Shown: positions 33,201-44,389, counted from the first letter of the whole stretch. The stretch is DNA of 64,000 bases, filler included, from Stramenopiles sp. TOSAG23-3 (GCA_900128585.1; 11 parts of 11 records of this genome joined end to end with filler, not necessarily neighbours in it), one strand, 5' to 3'. Program-made: numbers and translations. The notes: generated by a model from the letters alone, not told the origin.

Positions 33201-33448
33201 CTCTGAGAAAGTATCAGCAAAATCGTACGACGCAAAGCATTGCCCATCGGGCTGCAGCAAAAAGAAGCAACTTTGTTCACGTAAACAGAGCAATGGTGGA
33301 CAAAGAAAACGCAAGTTGGAAAGCGTTGCTGGTGCAAAAACATTACGGTGTGGGCATCAACATTGAAGTTCGACCTTCGGTAACGGAACATCTGAGGAGA
33401 ATGCAAATAGTTGACGATTACCTTGGAACAAAAACACCCATCGTATAA
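30206..33448 (+). CDS. EF-hand plus RCC1-repeat protein, probably 5'-partial
   Basis: DTGGDGTVSVEE and DKDKSGIISLNE EF-hands, about 7 RCC1 repeats (CG..H, WG.G..GQLG), basic RP.TA tail. Starts at the contig edge. Confidence 0.9.
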   Translation: MLTYYSAELTSMPHAPVIIDVDYDNTCAVCHPNRLYFTPENWNIKQKVSVKSMAIPGTDNAEEVIINHRGASNDDQYNSPNLVTTPTYLLVTILDSDAPYLWGFGTVPLDEQHTAGCVPHHIDLKSLEHKPKGDSTNHREAWVRPWRDNKNGTSYTRKKAKLQQKCRIKERVLSHVIQSSKLKGKTYMSAPSQEIESRRIISRAKGKKRFFDHNKIDHEIENEAREDARCQRMWKAIDTGGDGTVSVEELRLYFKRTFKYSDVYIDRMVNFVDKDKSGIISLNEFKSYMKNRKKIRAQYIKDKEEHQVQEHEEEEQNLEKQLFPVSRQVLSINIQTMEKRRTIKRKKKKHFRSFKSIIRQKKAAAEEAKANGKKDQKAPTHITEISCGEGFSCFVTGKGKLYTFGENNSSGQLAHGDYVSRYTPTVWDGMDSLGSKHRVANVSCGSEHAACTTSEGIVLTWGNGANGKLGHGNCRNVTTPSPVRSLLHDAGHRAIASSVACGGRHTVMLTENRDVYSWGFGQSGALALCDRKKRAKRRADVLTPARVHFFDSAHPKKVVAGGSHNIFIMGGNGLALSVGWGDDGQLGRSVQGSDDVPRPVQMPQGEAVCDAACGDAHSLVLCENNHVYAFGDNSFGQLGIGNRKKKFYPQRVPLLSNLNIILLQAGGRHSAAITQSGALYTWGAGEANQIGWGEGNGNRNSLDGLVPRNVERLAGIRVIQVALGQAHSLCTSMEPEADNQLKNSVVLRKNHDKIDDSRKLRIKKLFELVDQTIDSNINGQRVLSLATGEILKTRLEGELIGWNVLPEKEAEAEEIKRSILKKIAILSEQKLNPANQETRRRRIKCGNGRPATATGLVQREKQVPKKRSKRNSRRPSTAIGARTYAPPSVPVPAPIRKSFQPPSSGRVVYEPSKAHDSKIPVATRPATANLRQEFVGRRKTFKRPATASNGQGLRKVYANGKVSAANGKKSLRRPATALSSRNSPRKSKKRRPVSATGRALRKYQQNRTTQSIAHRAAAKRSNFVHVNRAMVDKENASWKALLVQKHYGVGINIEVRPSVTEHLRRMQIVDDYLGTKTPIV

Positions 33449-33939
33449 GAATTTTATTATCAATAATATATCGCTGCTGCTTCGCAGATTCTTTTTTCGC
33501 ATTTTTTGCCTTTTTAGTTGTAGTACTGGTACGATACAATATTATTACGACGGAATGGTTCCTCTCTCGATAGATAATTGCTCGAATACGCTAAAAGGTA
33601 GTACCAGGTAATAATACCGGTACCACCGATAATACAACTAGCAGCAGCAGGCAAAAAAAATTTGAGTCAGCAAAAGAAGAAGCAGCAGCAGCGACAACCC
33701 AACCAGAAGAACAAGAAGAAGAAAAAGAACACCAAAACGAACAACATTGAGCGTTGAGACGATGGAATATTCCTGGTCTTGCAACGTAACTTGCACGTTC
33801 CCCACAAGTAACAGCCGTTAGTGACCTGAGTGAAACTGGACTTTATTTGTCTGCCACACGTTTTCTACTGTTTTTGGTAGATCGGACTTTACTTTTGCTA
33901 CAGCTACCATTGGTCTCTAGAATTGAGCGCAGAATAAAG

Positions 33940-36900
33940 ATGGTAAATCCAATTTTGTTCATGTGTGTTAAAGCCTCCCTGCTGGTGCTTCTCTTTGCCG
34001 TTTCACTGTGTCCTTGCGTTTCTTTGAAAAGACATTTTGTGATACCGGATGGAAACCCAACAGCTTCCCCGAAAGCAGTTGTGCAGGTTAAAAACGTCAG
34101 GTTTACTGTGTTGACTCCTGCACTTATACGAATTGAAAAAATTCTTCCAAATGGTTCTTTCGAAGACCGGCAAACTATGGTTGTTTTCAACCGCCGTTTA
34201 CCTGTGCCTTGGTTTTCGACCAAGACATTGGGACTTAACGGTGGTGTGGAGATCACAACAGAAGATTTAGTGCTGACGTATTTAGGGAGTGCCGATGAAA
34301 CGTTTTCACCGTCAAACTTGTTTATCCAAATGAAGACGGAAAATTATAATAACATGTCGAAGTGGAAGTATGGAGACAGTTCTGAAGGTAATTTGTTTGG
34401 GACTTTCAGAACTTACGATACACTTCGGGGTTTCCAAGATTTAAACTGTTCTCGCCACAAACCTTGGGTTACCACAAGTGAACCCGAGCATTGTGCGTTT
34501 GGTTTCATAAGCCGAAGTGGATTTGCTATTTTCGATGATTCTCGGAGTCCGCTACTGTATGATGGGTGGGTCCATCCAAATGTAAACGGCCAGTGTGCCG
34601 CGGACTATACAAAGCCCTGTTTTGGGGCAGATTTTAACCCTGGAGGTTTGCGGACTGCGAACAAAACTGCCTGCGTTCTCGCTGGCTGTTGCTGGCAAGG
34701 GCACGAGGCATCCGACCTTGTGGACGTAGCTTGGTATAGCGATGGCACAGAAAATGTGTTGACTACATTGGACTTTCCCCTCCCCTCAGGGTACAAAGTA
34801 GTAAACAGTGTTTTCAACGGGCCACCCGTCGGCCAACTGTACAGGCAAAACAAGGAGAAAGATTTGTATCCGTTCAAATTGTGGAGAAAAAACGAGAGTA
34901 TCAACTCATCATCTCTTCGTCACTACACTACTGCCTCAATCGAAGGTGAGAAAGATGCGATCGCAAACAAGTTTGCATTTGTGGGTATTTTAGGTTACAT
35001 TGCAAAGGTTCAAACTAAGAGGGCTACACAAGAGTTGAAGCTGTACTACGACAAAGCAGCAGACGATCATTTTTCGTCCATCGACAATTGCCAATCTTGC
35101 TTCGAAAAGAATTACACGTTTCTGCGTATTCAAGGCTTTTTATTTCCAACTGCAAATTTATGCACGATGAAAAGTGGAAACGAAGATTTTTATTTTTTTG
35201 GGCACGGCAAAAATTATCAAGGAGCTCTGTTTGACTTTTCTCTAATTGCCGGGAAAATTCCGATACCTCGTAGGCATATGATGGGGATCAGCTGGTCTCG
35301 TTGGGCAACAGGCGCCGAAGAATGGAATGGGAACCAAACGCTGCAACATAATGCTGCAGTGAGCCTTTCTGAATCTGGGTTTCCTCTTGATACGTTTGTG
35401 TTTGATATGAATTGGCATGAAAAACCAACATGGACAGGATACAGCTGGGACAGGAAAATGTACCCAAATCCACAAGAATTATTATCATTCCTGCACGACC
35501 GCGGTTTATATGTAGGGGCCAACCTCCACGACGCGCAAGGAGTTATGAACGACGAAGATGAGTACAAATCAATGGCTAGTTTTGTCAATCAATCAGATGG
35601 AAAGACTATTGCATTTCATGTATCCAATCAAGCGTACGCAGATGGGTTGCACCAGACTGTCTTGGAACCTCTTGCCAAAAATGGAGGTTTTGATTTCTTT
35701 TGGATTGACTGGCAGCAAGGCCTTCAAGGACAGCCTGGGGTAGGAACGACAGACATAACTGGTTTAAATCCTACAGCCTGGCTGAATCACTACAGAACGA
35801 TGAACTACACCCGGCCGGGCAGTAAGCGCAGGCCTCAAATTCACTCTAGATTTGGAGGTTTAGGCGGACACAGGTATACAACACAATTCGGAGGTGACGT
35901 CGTGCAGGCTTGGGATAGCCTGCTGGCAATGATTTACACCACAGCAATTTCTACAAATGTATTAGTTTCGCACTGGGCACAAGAAATAATGCAAGTCGTA
36001 GGTGAGCATGAACTTTTTACTCGAGTCGCTCAATTTGGTAGTTGGGGACCAATCTTTACAATTTGGGGGAATCGTTATCGCCCCTGCAATCTTTGGTCAG
36101 ATGGGGATTTTCCACAGCCGTACCGCGAAGCCGTGCGTGTTTCACTGTTGCAGCGGTCCATGTTGATTCCGTATAGATACACGCTTGCGGCGATAGCTCA
36201 TGACAAAGCCCTGGGCATGCTGCGCCCAATGTATTATGACTATCCGAGTAACGAAAATGCCTATTCCGGGCACTACAACTCGCTCCCGCAGTACATGCTC
36301 GGAGACAGCATTTTGGTTGCTCCGCCATACACCGAATTGCAAATATCTACCAACCTCACTTCAAATGCAAAGCCTTATGGCATCTGGCTACCAACAGACG
36401 TTGCATGGGTGCCATTGTTCAACACATCAGTACACCTCCCTACAGTCAATGCATCAGGCTGGGGCCAGGTCTCCCCTTTATTGCACCAAGTCCCAGCATT
36501 TGTTAAAGCAGGCTCAATGATTCCAATGTTACCGGACCATTTGGCCATTTTGCCTGGTTCTGCATCTCGCTCCTTTTCGAACTTAGAATGGTGGGTTTTC
36601 CCTACTTCACCTGGTGACAAGTCACGAAAAGTAGCATGGTGTTATGAAGACGATGGACTATCGTTAGACTACATTCGAAAGAAAAAAGCATTTGTGAACA
36701 TGACCATCATGAAAGGGCAAGAATCACTGATTGAAGACAGAATAGTTAAATATGTGCTGAGTCAAAGTGGCGATTATGATACGGCACCACAAGAACGGAC
36801 TTTATCGTTACGCCTTGTCGGAAGGAACTCAACCTCCATCGAGTCTATTGAAGTGGACGGTTTAAATCTGCAGAAATTGAAAATTCCGTCGTGTGATGCT

Positions 36901-37026
36901 AGCACAAGTGGGAGTACAAAGCCTTTTTATTGCGATGGAACAAATGGCAATCGTTCTTTCGTTTTGATATGGTTGGGTAGTGGTGCAGTAAGTGCAGACC
37001 GAACTGTTACAGTCAAAAGTGTTTAG
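33940..37026 (+). CDS. Secreted glycoside hydrolase family 31
   Basis: Signal peptide, DMNWH, WTGYSWD, FWIDWQQG, GLGGHRY, GGD, LIPYRYT, RPMYY and YEDDG motifs. Confidence 0.92.
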   Translation: MVNPILFMCVKASLLVLLFAVSLCPCVSLKRHFVIPDGNPTASPKAVVQVKNVRFTVLTPALIRIEKILPNGSFEDRQTMVVFNRRLPVPWFSTKTLGLNGGVEITTEDLVLTYLGSADETFSPSNLFIQMKTENYNNMSKWKYGDSSEGNLFGTFRTYDTLRGFQDLNCSRHKPWVTTSEPEHCAFGFISRSGFAIFDDSRSPLLYDGWVHPNVNGQCAADYTKPCFGADFNPGGLRTANKTACVLAGCCWQGHEASDLVDVAWYSDGTENVLTTLDFPLPSGYKVVNSVFNGPPVGQLYRQNKEKDLYPFKLWRKNESINSSSLRHYTTASIEGEKDAIANKFAFVGILGYIAKVQTKRATQELKLYYDKAADDHFSSIDNCQSCFEKNYTFLRIQGFLFPTANLCTMKSGNEDFYFFGHGKNYQGALFDFSLIAGKIPIPRRHMMGISWSRWATGAEEWNGNQTLQHNAAVSLSESGFPLDTFVFDMNWHEKPTWTGYSWDRKMYPNPQELLSFLHDRGLYVGANLHDAQGVMNDEDEYKSMASFVNQSDGKTIAFHVSNQAYADGLHQTVLEPLAKNGGFDFFWIDWQQGLQGQPGVGTTDITGLNPTAWLNHYRTMNYTRPGSKRRPQIHSRFGGLGGHRYTTQFGGDVVQAWDSLLAMIYTTAISTNVLVSHWAQEIMQVVGEHELFTRVAQFGSWGPIFTIWGNRYRPCNLWSDGDFPQPYREAVRVSLLQRSMLIPYRYTLAAIAHDKALGMLRPMYYDYPSNENAYSGHYNSLPQYMLGDSILVAPPYTELQISTNLTSNAKPYGIWLPTDVAWVPLFNTSVHLPTVNASGWGQVSPLLHQVPAFVKAGSMIPMLPDHLAILPGSASRSFSNLEWWVFPTSPGDKSRKVAWCYEDDGLSLDYIRKKKAFVNMTIMKGQESLIEDRIVKYVLSQSGDYDTAPQERTLSLRLVGRNSTSIESIEVDGLNLQKLKIPSCDASTSGSTKPFYCDGTNGNRSFVLIWLGSGAVSADRTVTVKSV

Positions 37027-37737
37027 CCGACTTGACGGATGTTTGTGTGTTTCAATTATAATAAATTTTACAAAGTATCAGGTAATATTAAAATATATAT
37101 TTAATACTACTTGGTATTTCCATGTAATTCGTGCCATTTTGGATAAAAAAAAGTAAAAAGACGACGACCGTCGTTGTTTTTTCAAAAGTAAAATGCTAGA
37201 CTATTGTAGACACCTGTTCAATAAAGTGTTCAGTGTCCTTGGCGCGAATAAAAATCCGACTCGATTTTCAAAGTATGGAATTTCATAAGTTTAGATCATA
37301 CAATCGCCGCGTTTACGATGTCCTGCCCTGAACGAAAGTTTATAAATTGTTTGCCCTCAAATGACTTGGAATTGTGGTTCCTAGGGACAATTTTTTGTGA
37401 AATGGGCGATTTAGACCAAACGCCACCCGAACAAACACTTACACATTCGTTGGTGTTGGTCAAACGAGCCGTACGGGCATATTCTTAGCTATCTGAACAG
37501 ACATTTGAGCGTTTAAAATAATAAAAATTATCCTTTATTCATAAAGATCTCGTTGCCTCAAATAGTTAGCACAAAGTTGTTTACCATTTTTCAATTCCGC
37601 GCCAAAGATACTTGCATCCTTGCTCTCGTCCCAACATNNNNNNNNNNNNNNNNNNNNNNNNNNNNNNNNNNNNNNNNNNNNTTAATTAATTAANNNNNNN
37701 NNNNNNNNNNNNNNNNNNNNNNNNNNNNNNNNNNNNN

Positions 37738-38339
37738 CAGATCTTGTCGTCCTTCACGGTTGCCCATTCCGTTTTGAACGGTTTCGCCGCATCTCCGTTT
37801 CCGTCTGCAATCGCCCAGCGTTGAAACACGCCGTTGTCTACAATTTTAAAGACCAGGCCAGTGTAGTCGCACATCCCAAGCAACCAGTGTTGGTACCTGA
37901 CCAGTGCGCTCAGCTCCATTGACCGGTTGGACGTCGCCGTCTTCGACACAAGCGCGCGGACCTCTTTGTCCCACTCCATTGCATACGCGCCCTGCGATAT
38001 TTTTATCAGCGTGCCCTGTTTCATGTACGACCGCCACAAAAATTTATTCGGGTCACGGCTCTTCTCGTCCAAGTCCGTCACGATAGCGACGCGGTGCTTG
38101 GTTCTGTCAAACAGCAAAGATCCGGTATCGACCTTTCCAACCCGGCGGACACCCCCATTAAAGTACACCATCGCAGCGGCCGTAACTTTTGAGTCTGGCC
38201 CAAGTTGCAACTTTCTATCCTCCGTGGCCATGCCCTCCGTCGAGCCAAGCCGTTGGTGCTGCAAAGTAGTACCATGCCGCCCGAACAAAAACGCAATGTA
38301 CGCCACGAGAACAACAGACAGAACTACAGACAGATCCAT
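37738..38339 (-). CDS. CANT1: Calcium-activated nucleotidase/apyrase, 3'-partial
   Basis: Signal anchor, IVTDLD, RSMELS.L, D.TGLV, ADGNG and FK.EWATVKD motifs. Truncated by the linker. Confidence 0.85.
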
Positions 38340-39154
38340 CCTTTACTATATGTAACCAATGAAAAATGTCCACTGAAGAAGGAAGCTAAACAAATCTAAC
38401 GAAACACACAAAAGAAATGGAAAACGATTAAGATAGGAATATCTCCTCTCAATATTACCGTAATAACATTTCAAATTCTATTATTAAATCAAAAAAAAAA
38501 GAAGAAGAAGAAGAAGAGGAGAAGAAAAAAAACACGCACAGAAGATGATAGAAGAGAGAAGAAGGAAGAAAGAAGAATGAAGAAAAAGAAGAACGAAAGA
38601 AGAACGAAAGAAGAACGAAGAAAGAAGAAGAAAGAACGAAGAGAAAAAGAACAACCTTCTCTTCTTCTCTCTTTATTTATTGATTAGAGAAGAAAAGAGA
38701 TATTTTTTAATTAAAAATAATAAAAACCCCATTTCCCCCTATTGAATTAAATAATAAAAACTATAATATAATGTATACTAAAGAAATGGCCGTTAAATTA
38801 TTTTTTCTTCTTCTTCTTCTTCTTCTTCTTTTTTTATAATATAATAAAATAATTTTTATTTTATTGACTCTTCTCTGCGCTGACACACTCTTCTCTTCTG
38901 ATGATGATGATGACCTCATTATACCAAGTATTATTATTATTTAGGTCTAATATTATAGAAGAAATCGTATTATTATTTTATACATATAAACTGTTGTAGG
39001 ATTTGATGTTCAGATGTTTATATTTTCTTGTGGATAATGTCTGTTGGGGTGTTTTATAAACGAAGCCTTACTGGTCGTACTTGTTTTAACCGACAAGATC
39101 GTTAGTTAGGTATCGGAGCTTTGTACAACGGAACACTTAGGTTGCCCACCCACC

Positions 39155-42100
39155 ATGAGCTCATTCGGTGGCAGTCCACGAACGTCCCCTCGGGGTAGTT
39201 CCCGTGGTTCGGCGGGGTCGAAGCTGTCGTCCGGGGTATTAACGCCTCGGTCGAGGCTCTCGAAGACGAATGCGGTGTCGGCCCAGGTTATCATCGATGT
39301 TATGAGGTGCCTGGATGAGAGCAAGGTAGCGAACATACGGCGGTGTTTTATGAAGCATGACAACCACGCCGTCGACCGGTACGAGTTTGTGCGAATTATG
39401 ATGGACAACTTGGAAAATTTTATGGAGCGGCGGGAGGCCATGTACGAGACGGTCGACCGTAAGGAGGAAGAAGGGAAGAAGGTAACGAACTTTGATTTGG
39501 TCTCCAACCTGCGAGAGCTTTTTGACGAAATCGATATCAATGGGGACCAGTACGTGGAATGGGACGAGTTCACCGCCTTTATTGTAGAGAAAGCGGGGCT
39601 TACCAACCACATTGGTTTGGACGCGCTCACGCGGTTCGAGGAAATACTGAAGGAGCCTGCCCTGCGGACGACCTTGACCATGCCCATAGAGGAAGTTTTT
39701 TATCTCCAGCCGCTGGACTGCATCGGTTTTTACGTGGAAAAGGAGGTCAGCACCGAGGGGCTGATGGCGGGGAACCAAGGCGGTCCATCGATTAAATTGT
39801 ACAACGTGGACGACTTGAGCGTGCTCGCCAATTTGAGAAGCACCGACGTCAAAGGGTCCCCCACCGCGTTCGAGTACGTCGGGAAGAAGCTGGAGTACCA
39901 GAGCTCGTCCGTCCAGGGAAAGTTGGCCGTAAGTTGCACAGACAGTAGTATAGTCATGTGGAGCCTGGACCAGAACAAGCTTCACCCGTTCCAAGTCACC
40001 TCGCGTTTTCCGACCCCCCACACCCAGTGCGGGCTCCTGTGGGACCATCGGTACAGCCTTTTGTACAGTGCAAGCATCGCGGGGCTGGTGCACGCCTGGG
40101 ACGTCGAGAAGAAGACGGAAGTTAGTTGTATGTACGGTCACAGCGACATGGTCATGAATTTGTGCGACATGAAAGCGCTGGAGTCCATTAGTTCGTGCTC
40201 CCTTGACCGAACCATTTGCGTCTGGGACCTTCACACGGGCGCGCGTCGGCAGCACATGGAGGGGCATCAGAAGGGGGTGCTCTCGCTAACCTACAACAAC
40301 GACTACAAACTGTTGCTCAGCGCTGGATTTGACCACGACGCGATGGTGTGGAGCCCATTCTCACCGACGGTCATTTTCAAGTTAAAAGGCCACAAAAACT
40401 CGCTGGTGGGGATCGATTCCATCGAGGGCACGAACCAAGTGGTGACGGCGGATGCGGACGGAGTTTACAAAATATGGGACTTGAGAAACTTCCAGTGCGT
40501 CCAGTCCTTCTCGTCCGAGCTGGACGAACTGGCGGAGTTGGGGCTGGACGAAGACATGGAAAAGAAGCAAGTGACCTCCTTCTGTCTCTGCCAGGAGCGA
40601 ATTGAAGGCCGCCAGGCCCGCCTGATTGGATCAACTAGGCGACTGCACGTCTTTGAGCAGGGGATTGTAAATGTGGACACCGGCGGGGCCGACGACCTCC
40701 CCATTCAGGTCGCCATTTTCAACCCGGTACTAAGCTCGATCATAACCGCCCATGGCAGGTCCATCAAGATATGGAACGCGCTGATCGGAAAGCTAGAAAA
40801 GGCATTTTTTGATATAACGGTCAACGGGAGTGATATCACGGCCATATGCCTGGACGACAGGAAACGAAAATTCATCGTCGGCGACCATTTGGGGGACATT
40901 CAAGTCCACAACTACCAGAGCGGAGCCCTGATGAAAGTGTTTGACCCCCACGCCAGTCAGATTACCAGCCTCTGTTACATAGATGAACTCAAGCACGTTG
41001 TGTCCGTCAGCTGGGACGGTGCAATCGTGGTGCACGACGAAGATCCGCCTGACCATGGCGTTGTTATACGTACAATGGACGTGGCTAATACACACAGGGG
41101 AGATATTTCGTGCGCCGCCGTCTCGTACAATTTGACACTGATTGCGACTGGGGCGGCCGACAAGACCGTGCGGATTTGGGATTTTGAAACGGGAAAAATG
41201 GAAGCGAAACTTGTTCACGACCACGAGATCAACGAGATTATTTTCTTGCCACCCTACCCCCTTATTGCCGTCGCGGACAGCGCTGGCCTGGTGTGGCTGT
41301 ACGGCGTTCGCGGGTCGAAGTTCAAATACCATTGCGCCATGAACTTTCACCATTTTTTCAAGCACGAAGATTCGAATTCGTACATGTCAAACCAGAATCG
41401 CGAAGATGGAAAGAAGGCGTATGGGAAAGGGTCGAAGAAGCACCGCCGCCTTTCCGCGCAAGAATCGCGAACGCTGACCCCAGTATTGTGCTTACAATGG
41501 GATGGTGACGTTCGCCTGTACACTGGTGGGGATCGTGGTCAGGTGGCATGCTGGAATTTTGACCAGGTTATCAAGGAGCTGGGTGTCGAACCCTTTTACA
41601 AGAAGAACAGCGAAGCCGCCGTACAAAACCCCCATCATGTCCAGGCGAAGAAAAAGAATGTGTACTCCCCTGATATCCCGGAGTCTGTTGCGAACATGGA
41701 ATGGTCTGTGCCGGCGCACAGTGACTCTGTTTCTTGCCTACAGTTTGTTAACGACCCGCCATCGCTGCTGTCATCGTCGCATGACCATACCGTGCGGATT
41801 TGGGGAATCGAGGGGGCGATGAAGTCTAAGCGAATCGGGTCGTTGCTTCAGGAATTGAGGGGGGATATGCGTCATCCGCAATGGCACTTTCCCATCGATG
41901 TAGAGTCGATTGAGAATCGAAGGAAAGAAAGGACGAACGATATCGTGAAGGCCAACGAGGAGCACGCGGCGGGGGTATCCAAGAGACGCCGCCGCAGCGT
42001 CTCTAGAAGGAAGGCCAAAAGCCCGAAGAAGAATAAAAAGAAGCAGCTGTCGCCAAAAGCGCCTGGTGCCAGTGCAGCTCAGAAATCGTACGAAAGCAAA

Positions 42101-42643
42101 TTTTCAGAATCTTCCGCGCTGACGGAAGAAGAGCAGGAGGGAGTCAAACGCAGCAGAGAGCACCGAAAGGAAAAGAACGAAACATTTTCGTCGGAGCGCC
42201 TTAATAGCCCTGCTGGAAAGCGCTTGGAGGAGTTAAAACCTGGGGGAGAAGATGGGCAGGACAACATGCGGCCTGTTAGCCCAGCATCCGCCAGTGAAGA
42301 AGAGGTGGATTTCGATGAAATTGGGTTTCAGGAATTTAGAAGGGAGTGGACATCAACAGGGCGGGGCGTAGGCGGGGAAGATGAGACCTCGAAAGACGCC
42401 GAAGAGCTCAGTGAAGCTAATAAGCGACGGGCCGCTGCCAACTCACGGTTTTCCATGGCCTCCACTAAGGCGATCCGTTCTCGTGCGAATCGAAGGACAA
42501 AAATTGCAGCTTCAAGATTGGATGCTGCCATACAAGCGACGCGGGAACCCGACCAGCCAGACTTGCGAAATCAGAGGGGGGTAGGGAACGAGCGTCGAGG
42601 AATGAAACAGTTGGAGGAAAGGTTAAAACGGTACGGACTGTAA
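39155..42643 (+). CDS. EF-hand plus WD40-repeat protein (WDR49/EFCAB8-like)
   Basis: FDEIDINGDQYVEWDEF EF-hand followed by many GH...WD repeats. Confidence 0.9.
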   Translation: MSSFGGSPRTSPRGSSRGSAGSKLSSGVLTPRSRLSKTNAVSAQVIIDVMRCLDESKVANIRRCFMKHDNHAVDRYEFVRIMMDNLENFMERREAMYETVDRKEEEGKKVTNFDLVSNLRELFDEIDINGDQYVEWDEFTAFIVEKAGLTNHIGLDALTRFEEILKEPALRTTLTMPIEEVFYLQPLDCIGFYVEKEVSTEGLMAGNQGGPSIKLYNVDDLSVLANLRSTDVKGSPTAFEYVGKKLEYQSSSVQGKLAVSCTDSSIVMWSLDQNKLHPFQVTSRFPTPHTQCGLLWDHRYSLLYSASIAGLVHAWDVEKKTEVSCMYGHSDMVMNLCDMKALESISSCSLDRTICVWDLHTGARRQHMEGHQKGVLSLTYNNDYKLLLSAGFDHDAMVWSPFSPTVIFKLKGHKNSLVGIDSIEGTNQVVTADADGVYKIWDLRNFQCVQSFSSELDELAELGLDEDMEKKQVTSFCLCQERIEGRQARLIGSTRRLHVFEQGIVNVDTGGADDLPIQVAIFNPVLSSIITAHGRSIKIWNALIGKLEKAFFDITVNGSDITAICLDDRKRKFIVGDHLGDIQVHNYQSGALMKVFDPHASQITSLCYIDELKHVVSVSWDGAIVVHDEDPPDHGVVIRTMDVANTHRGDISCAAVSYNLTLIATGAADKTVRIWDFETGKMEAKLVHDHEINEIIFLPPYPLIAVADSAGLVWLYGVRGSKFKYHCAMNFHHFFKHEDSNSYMSNQNREDGKKAYGKGSKKHRRLSAQESRTLTPVLCLQWDGDVRLYTGGDRGQVACWNFDQVIKELGVEPFYKKNSEAAVQNPHHVQAKKKNVYSPDIPESVANMEWSVPAHSDSVSCLQFVNDPPSLLSSSHDHTVRIWGIEGAMKSKRIGSLLQELRGDMRHPQWHFPIDVESIENRRKERTNDIVKANEEHAAGVSKRRRRSVSRRKAKSPKKNKKKQLSPKAPGASAAQKSYESKFSESSALTEEEQEGVKRSREHRKEKNETFSSERLNSPAGKRLEELKPGGEDGQDNMRPVSPASASEEEVDFDEIGFQEFRREWTSTGRGVGGEDETSKDAEELSEANKRRAAANSRFSMASTKAIRSRANRRTKIAASRLDAAIQATREPDQPDLRNQRGVGNERRGMKQLEERLKRYGL

Positions 42644-42737
42644 GTGCACCTGGGGTGGAGTGTACGCGTTCTGTAATTTAAGCTTTGAAAAATATTTCGT
42701 ATTAAATTTTGGGATCAAAATAAAAAAAACAAATTTT

Positions 42738-42805
42738 TTAAAACAAGAAAATTGGCTGTTATTTAAGTAATTAAATTAAAACAAGAAAATTGGCTGTTAT
42801 TTAAG
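42738..42805 (+). repeat. Tandem pair of the 29-bp dispersed element (38-bp period)
   Basis: TTAAAACAAGAAAATTGGCTGTTATTTAAGTAATTAAA repeated twice. Confidence 0.92.
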
Positions 42806-43159
42806 TAATTAAATTTAGCTTCGTCGTAATTAAATTTAAAACAAATTATAAATAATATCCCTTGATTAACATTATACGCGTAGTATCCCCCCTGCCCCCC
42901 GCCCCTCCCTGATCCTGCAGTTACACTACGAAATATTACGAGGTTTTGAGTAAACGAAGTACTTGTGTCGATACTCGTTCGTTCGTACGGTACGATCATA
43001 AATGTGTGTAATATGAAATGATCAAAATGTTTCGTGAGAGAGAGATGACGCGCATTTTACTTTTTAAAAAACATTTTCTTTCTGAGACAAGTAAGCGTGC
43101 CGGTGATTCTAACCTACGGTTTGTTTCTTATGTCGCAACAGCAGAGAGTGTGCCACAAT

Positions 43160-44389
43160 TTACATAAACGTTGCGTTGTTTTGTCGTTTATGCTCGTCTA
43201 CTCTAGACACCACAGAGATAATACTGGTCGCGTAAATTTTTTCTTGAACTTGAAAGTCATGCTGAGTCCTATAGTTTCGACAGCGGCGCACGAGGATGAA
43301 TCCCGTACCGAATACAATTTTCTGAACAATCGCTAAAAAATTATTTTCTGAATTGAGCGTACTTTTAACGAGGATTTTGTCTCCCACCCAATACTTTCGA
43401 AGCGGTTTCCAAAGCGCGTTTAGCCATACGTCGTCGCGCTTAAGGTTCTTCTTGTCATCTCTGCCTATGTACTCCAACGATTGATCGACAATTTCCAAAA
43501 AGCCGACGAGAATGTACCGCTTTCCTGTTACGATCGTCTCTCCTCCATGACGAAGTTTTCCGCAAAACAAAACTAGCCCCCCTTGCTTCGGTTTGATGGT
43601 TTGGTTTATACACTCAAACTTTGTCCCGCCGCCAATGAACTCGGACTCTGAATTTAATAGTATAATGAACGATATTATTGAACCATCACGATGGAAGTCT
43701 AGGCCGGTTTTCGCGTTCGAAGATACTCTATTTACTTCGTATTTCACGACGAACTGATCGCATGGGGTAATGCACGCGTTCGGGATTTCATATAACTCAC
43801 GGACTTTTGGGATGATCATATCGCGGTTCATTTTGCTGGTTATACGCATTAGTTCCGGGGATTTGTTCACTGGAATGTCGACGGTCGGAAAGTATTTGTG
43901 CCGATCGTAGGTCCACCCACCAGCATTTCGGGCGTAAGCCTCGGCTTCTTGTATCAGGTGCTCGCATTGCCGTTTGCTCAGCAGCCGTTCGATCTGAAAT
44001 ATTTTCGTCAGCGGGTTTGCTGAAGTCGTCACAGGGACAATAATTTGCGACGTATTGGGCGCGACTTTCGAAATGTTGATTGTATACTTCGAGGACAGTT
44101 TCGCAGAAGGGAAAAAGAACTTTTCATTGGCAAAGGACGGCGCAACTGCCTTGCTTGCAGCGTAACCTTTGGAAGCCTTGTCCGATGACTTCTTTCCTGC
44201 CTTGATGTCGCTGCTACTGTTGCCCGATTTAGCATCGTTTGGGGCAGTATCCGCTTTTAATACTCTTTTGCTGCAAACCGAATTTGCAATACCGATACGA
44301 ATACTCTCAAACGAGCAGTCGCGAGCGGCCGAAAACATAATATCTCTACGCTCTTTCTTTCGGTTGTACAGATTGCGCAGGAGTGACAT
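43160..44389 (-). CDS. 2OG-Fe(II) dioxygenase (prolyl/lysyl hydroxylase-like)
   Basis: FVVKY, HRD, GGGT.F, HGG and RYILVGF motifs. Start at 44389 or 44338. Confidence 0.88.
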   Translation of the reverse strand: MSLLRNLYNRKKERRDIMFSAARDCSFESIRIGIANSVCSKRVLKADTAPNDAKSGNSSSDIKAGKKSSDKASKGYAASKAVAPSFANEKFFFPSAKLSSKYTINISKVAPNTSQIIVPVTTSANPLTKIFQIERLLSKRQCEHLIQEAEAYARNAGGWTYDRHKYFPTVDIPVNKSPELMRITSKMNRDMIIPKVRELYEIPNACITPCDQFVVKYEVNRVSSNAKTGLDFHRDGSIISFIILLNSESEFIGGGTKFECINQTIKPKQGGLVLFCGKLRHGGETIVTGKRYILVGFLEIVDQSLEYIGRDDKKNLKRDDVWLNALWKPLRKYWVGDKILVKSTLNSENNFLAIVQKIVFGTGFILVRRCRNYRTQHDFQVQEKIYATSIISVVSRVDEHKRQNNATFM

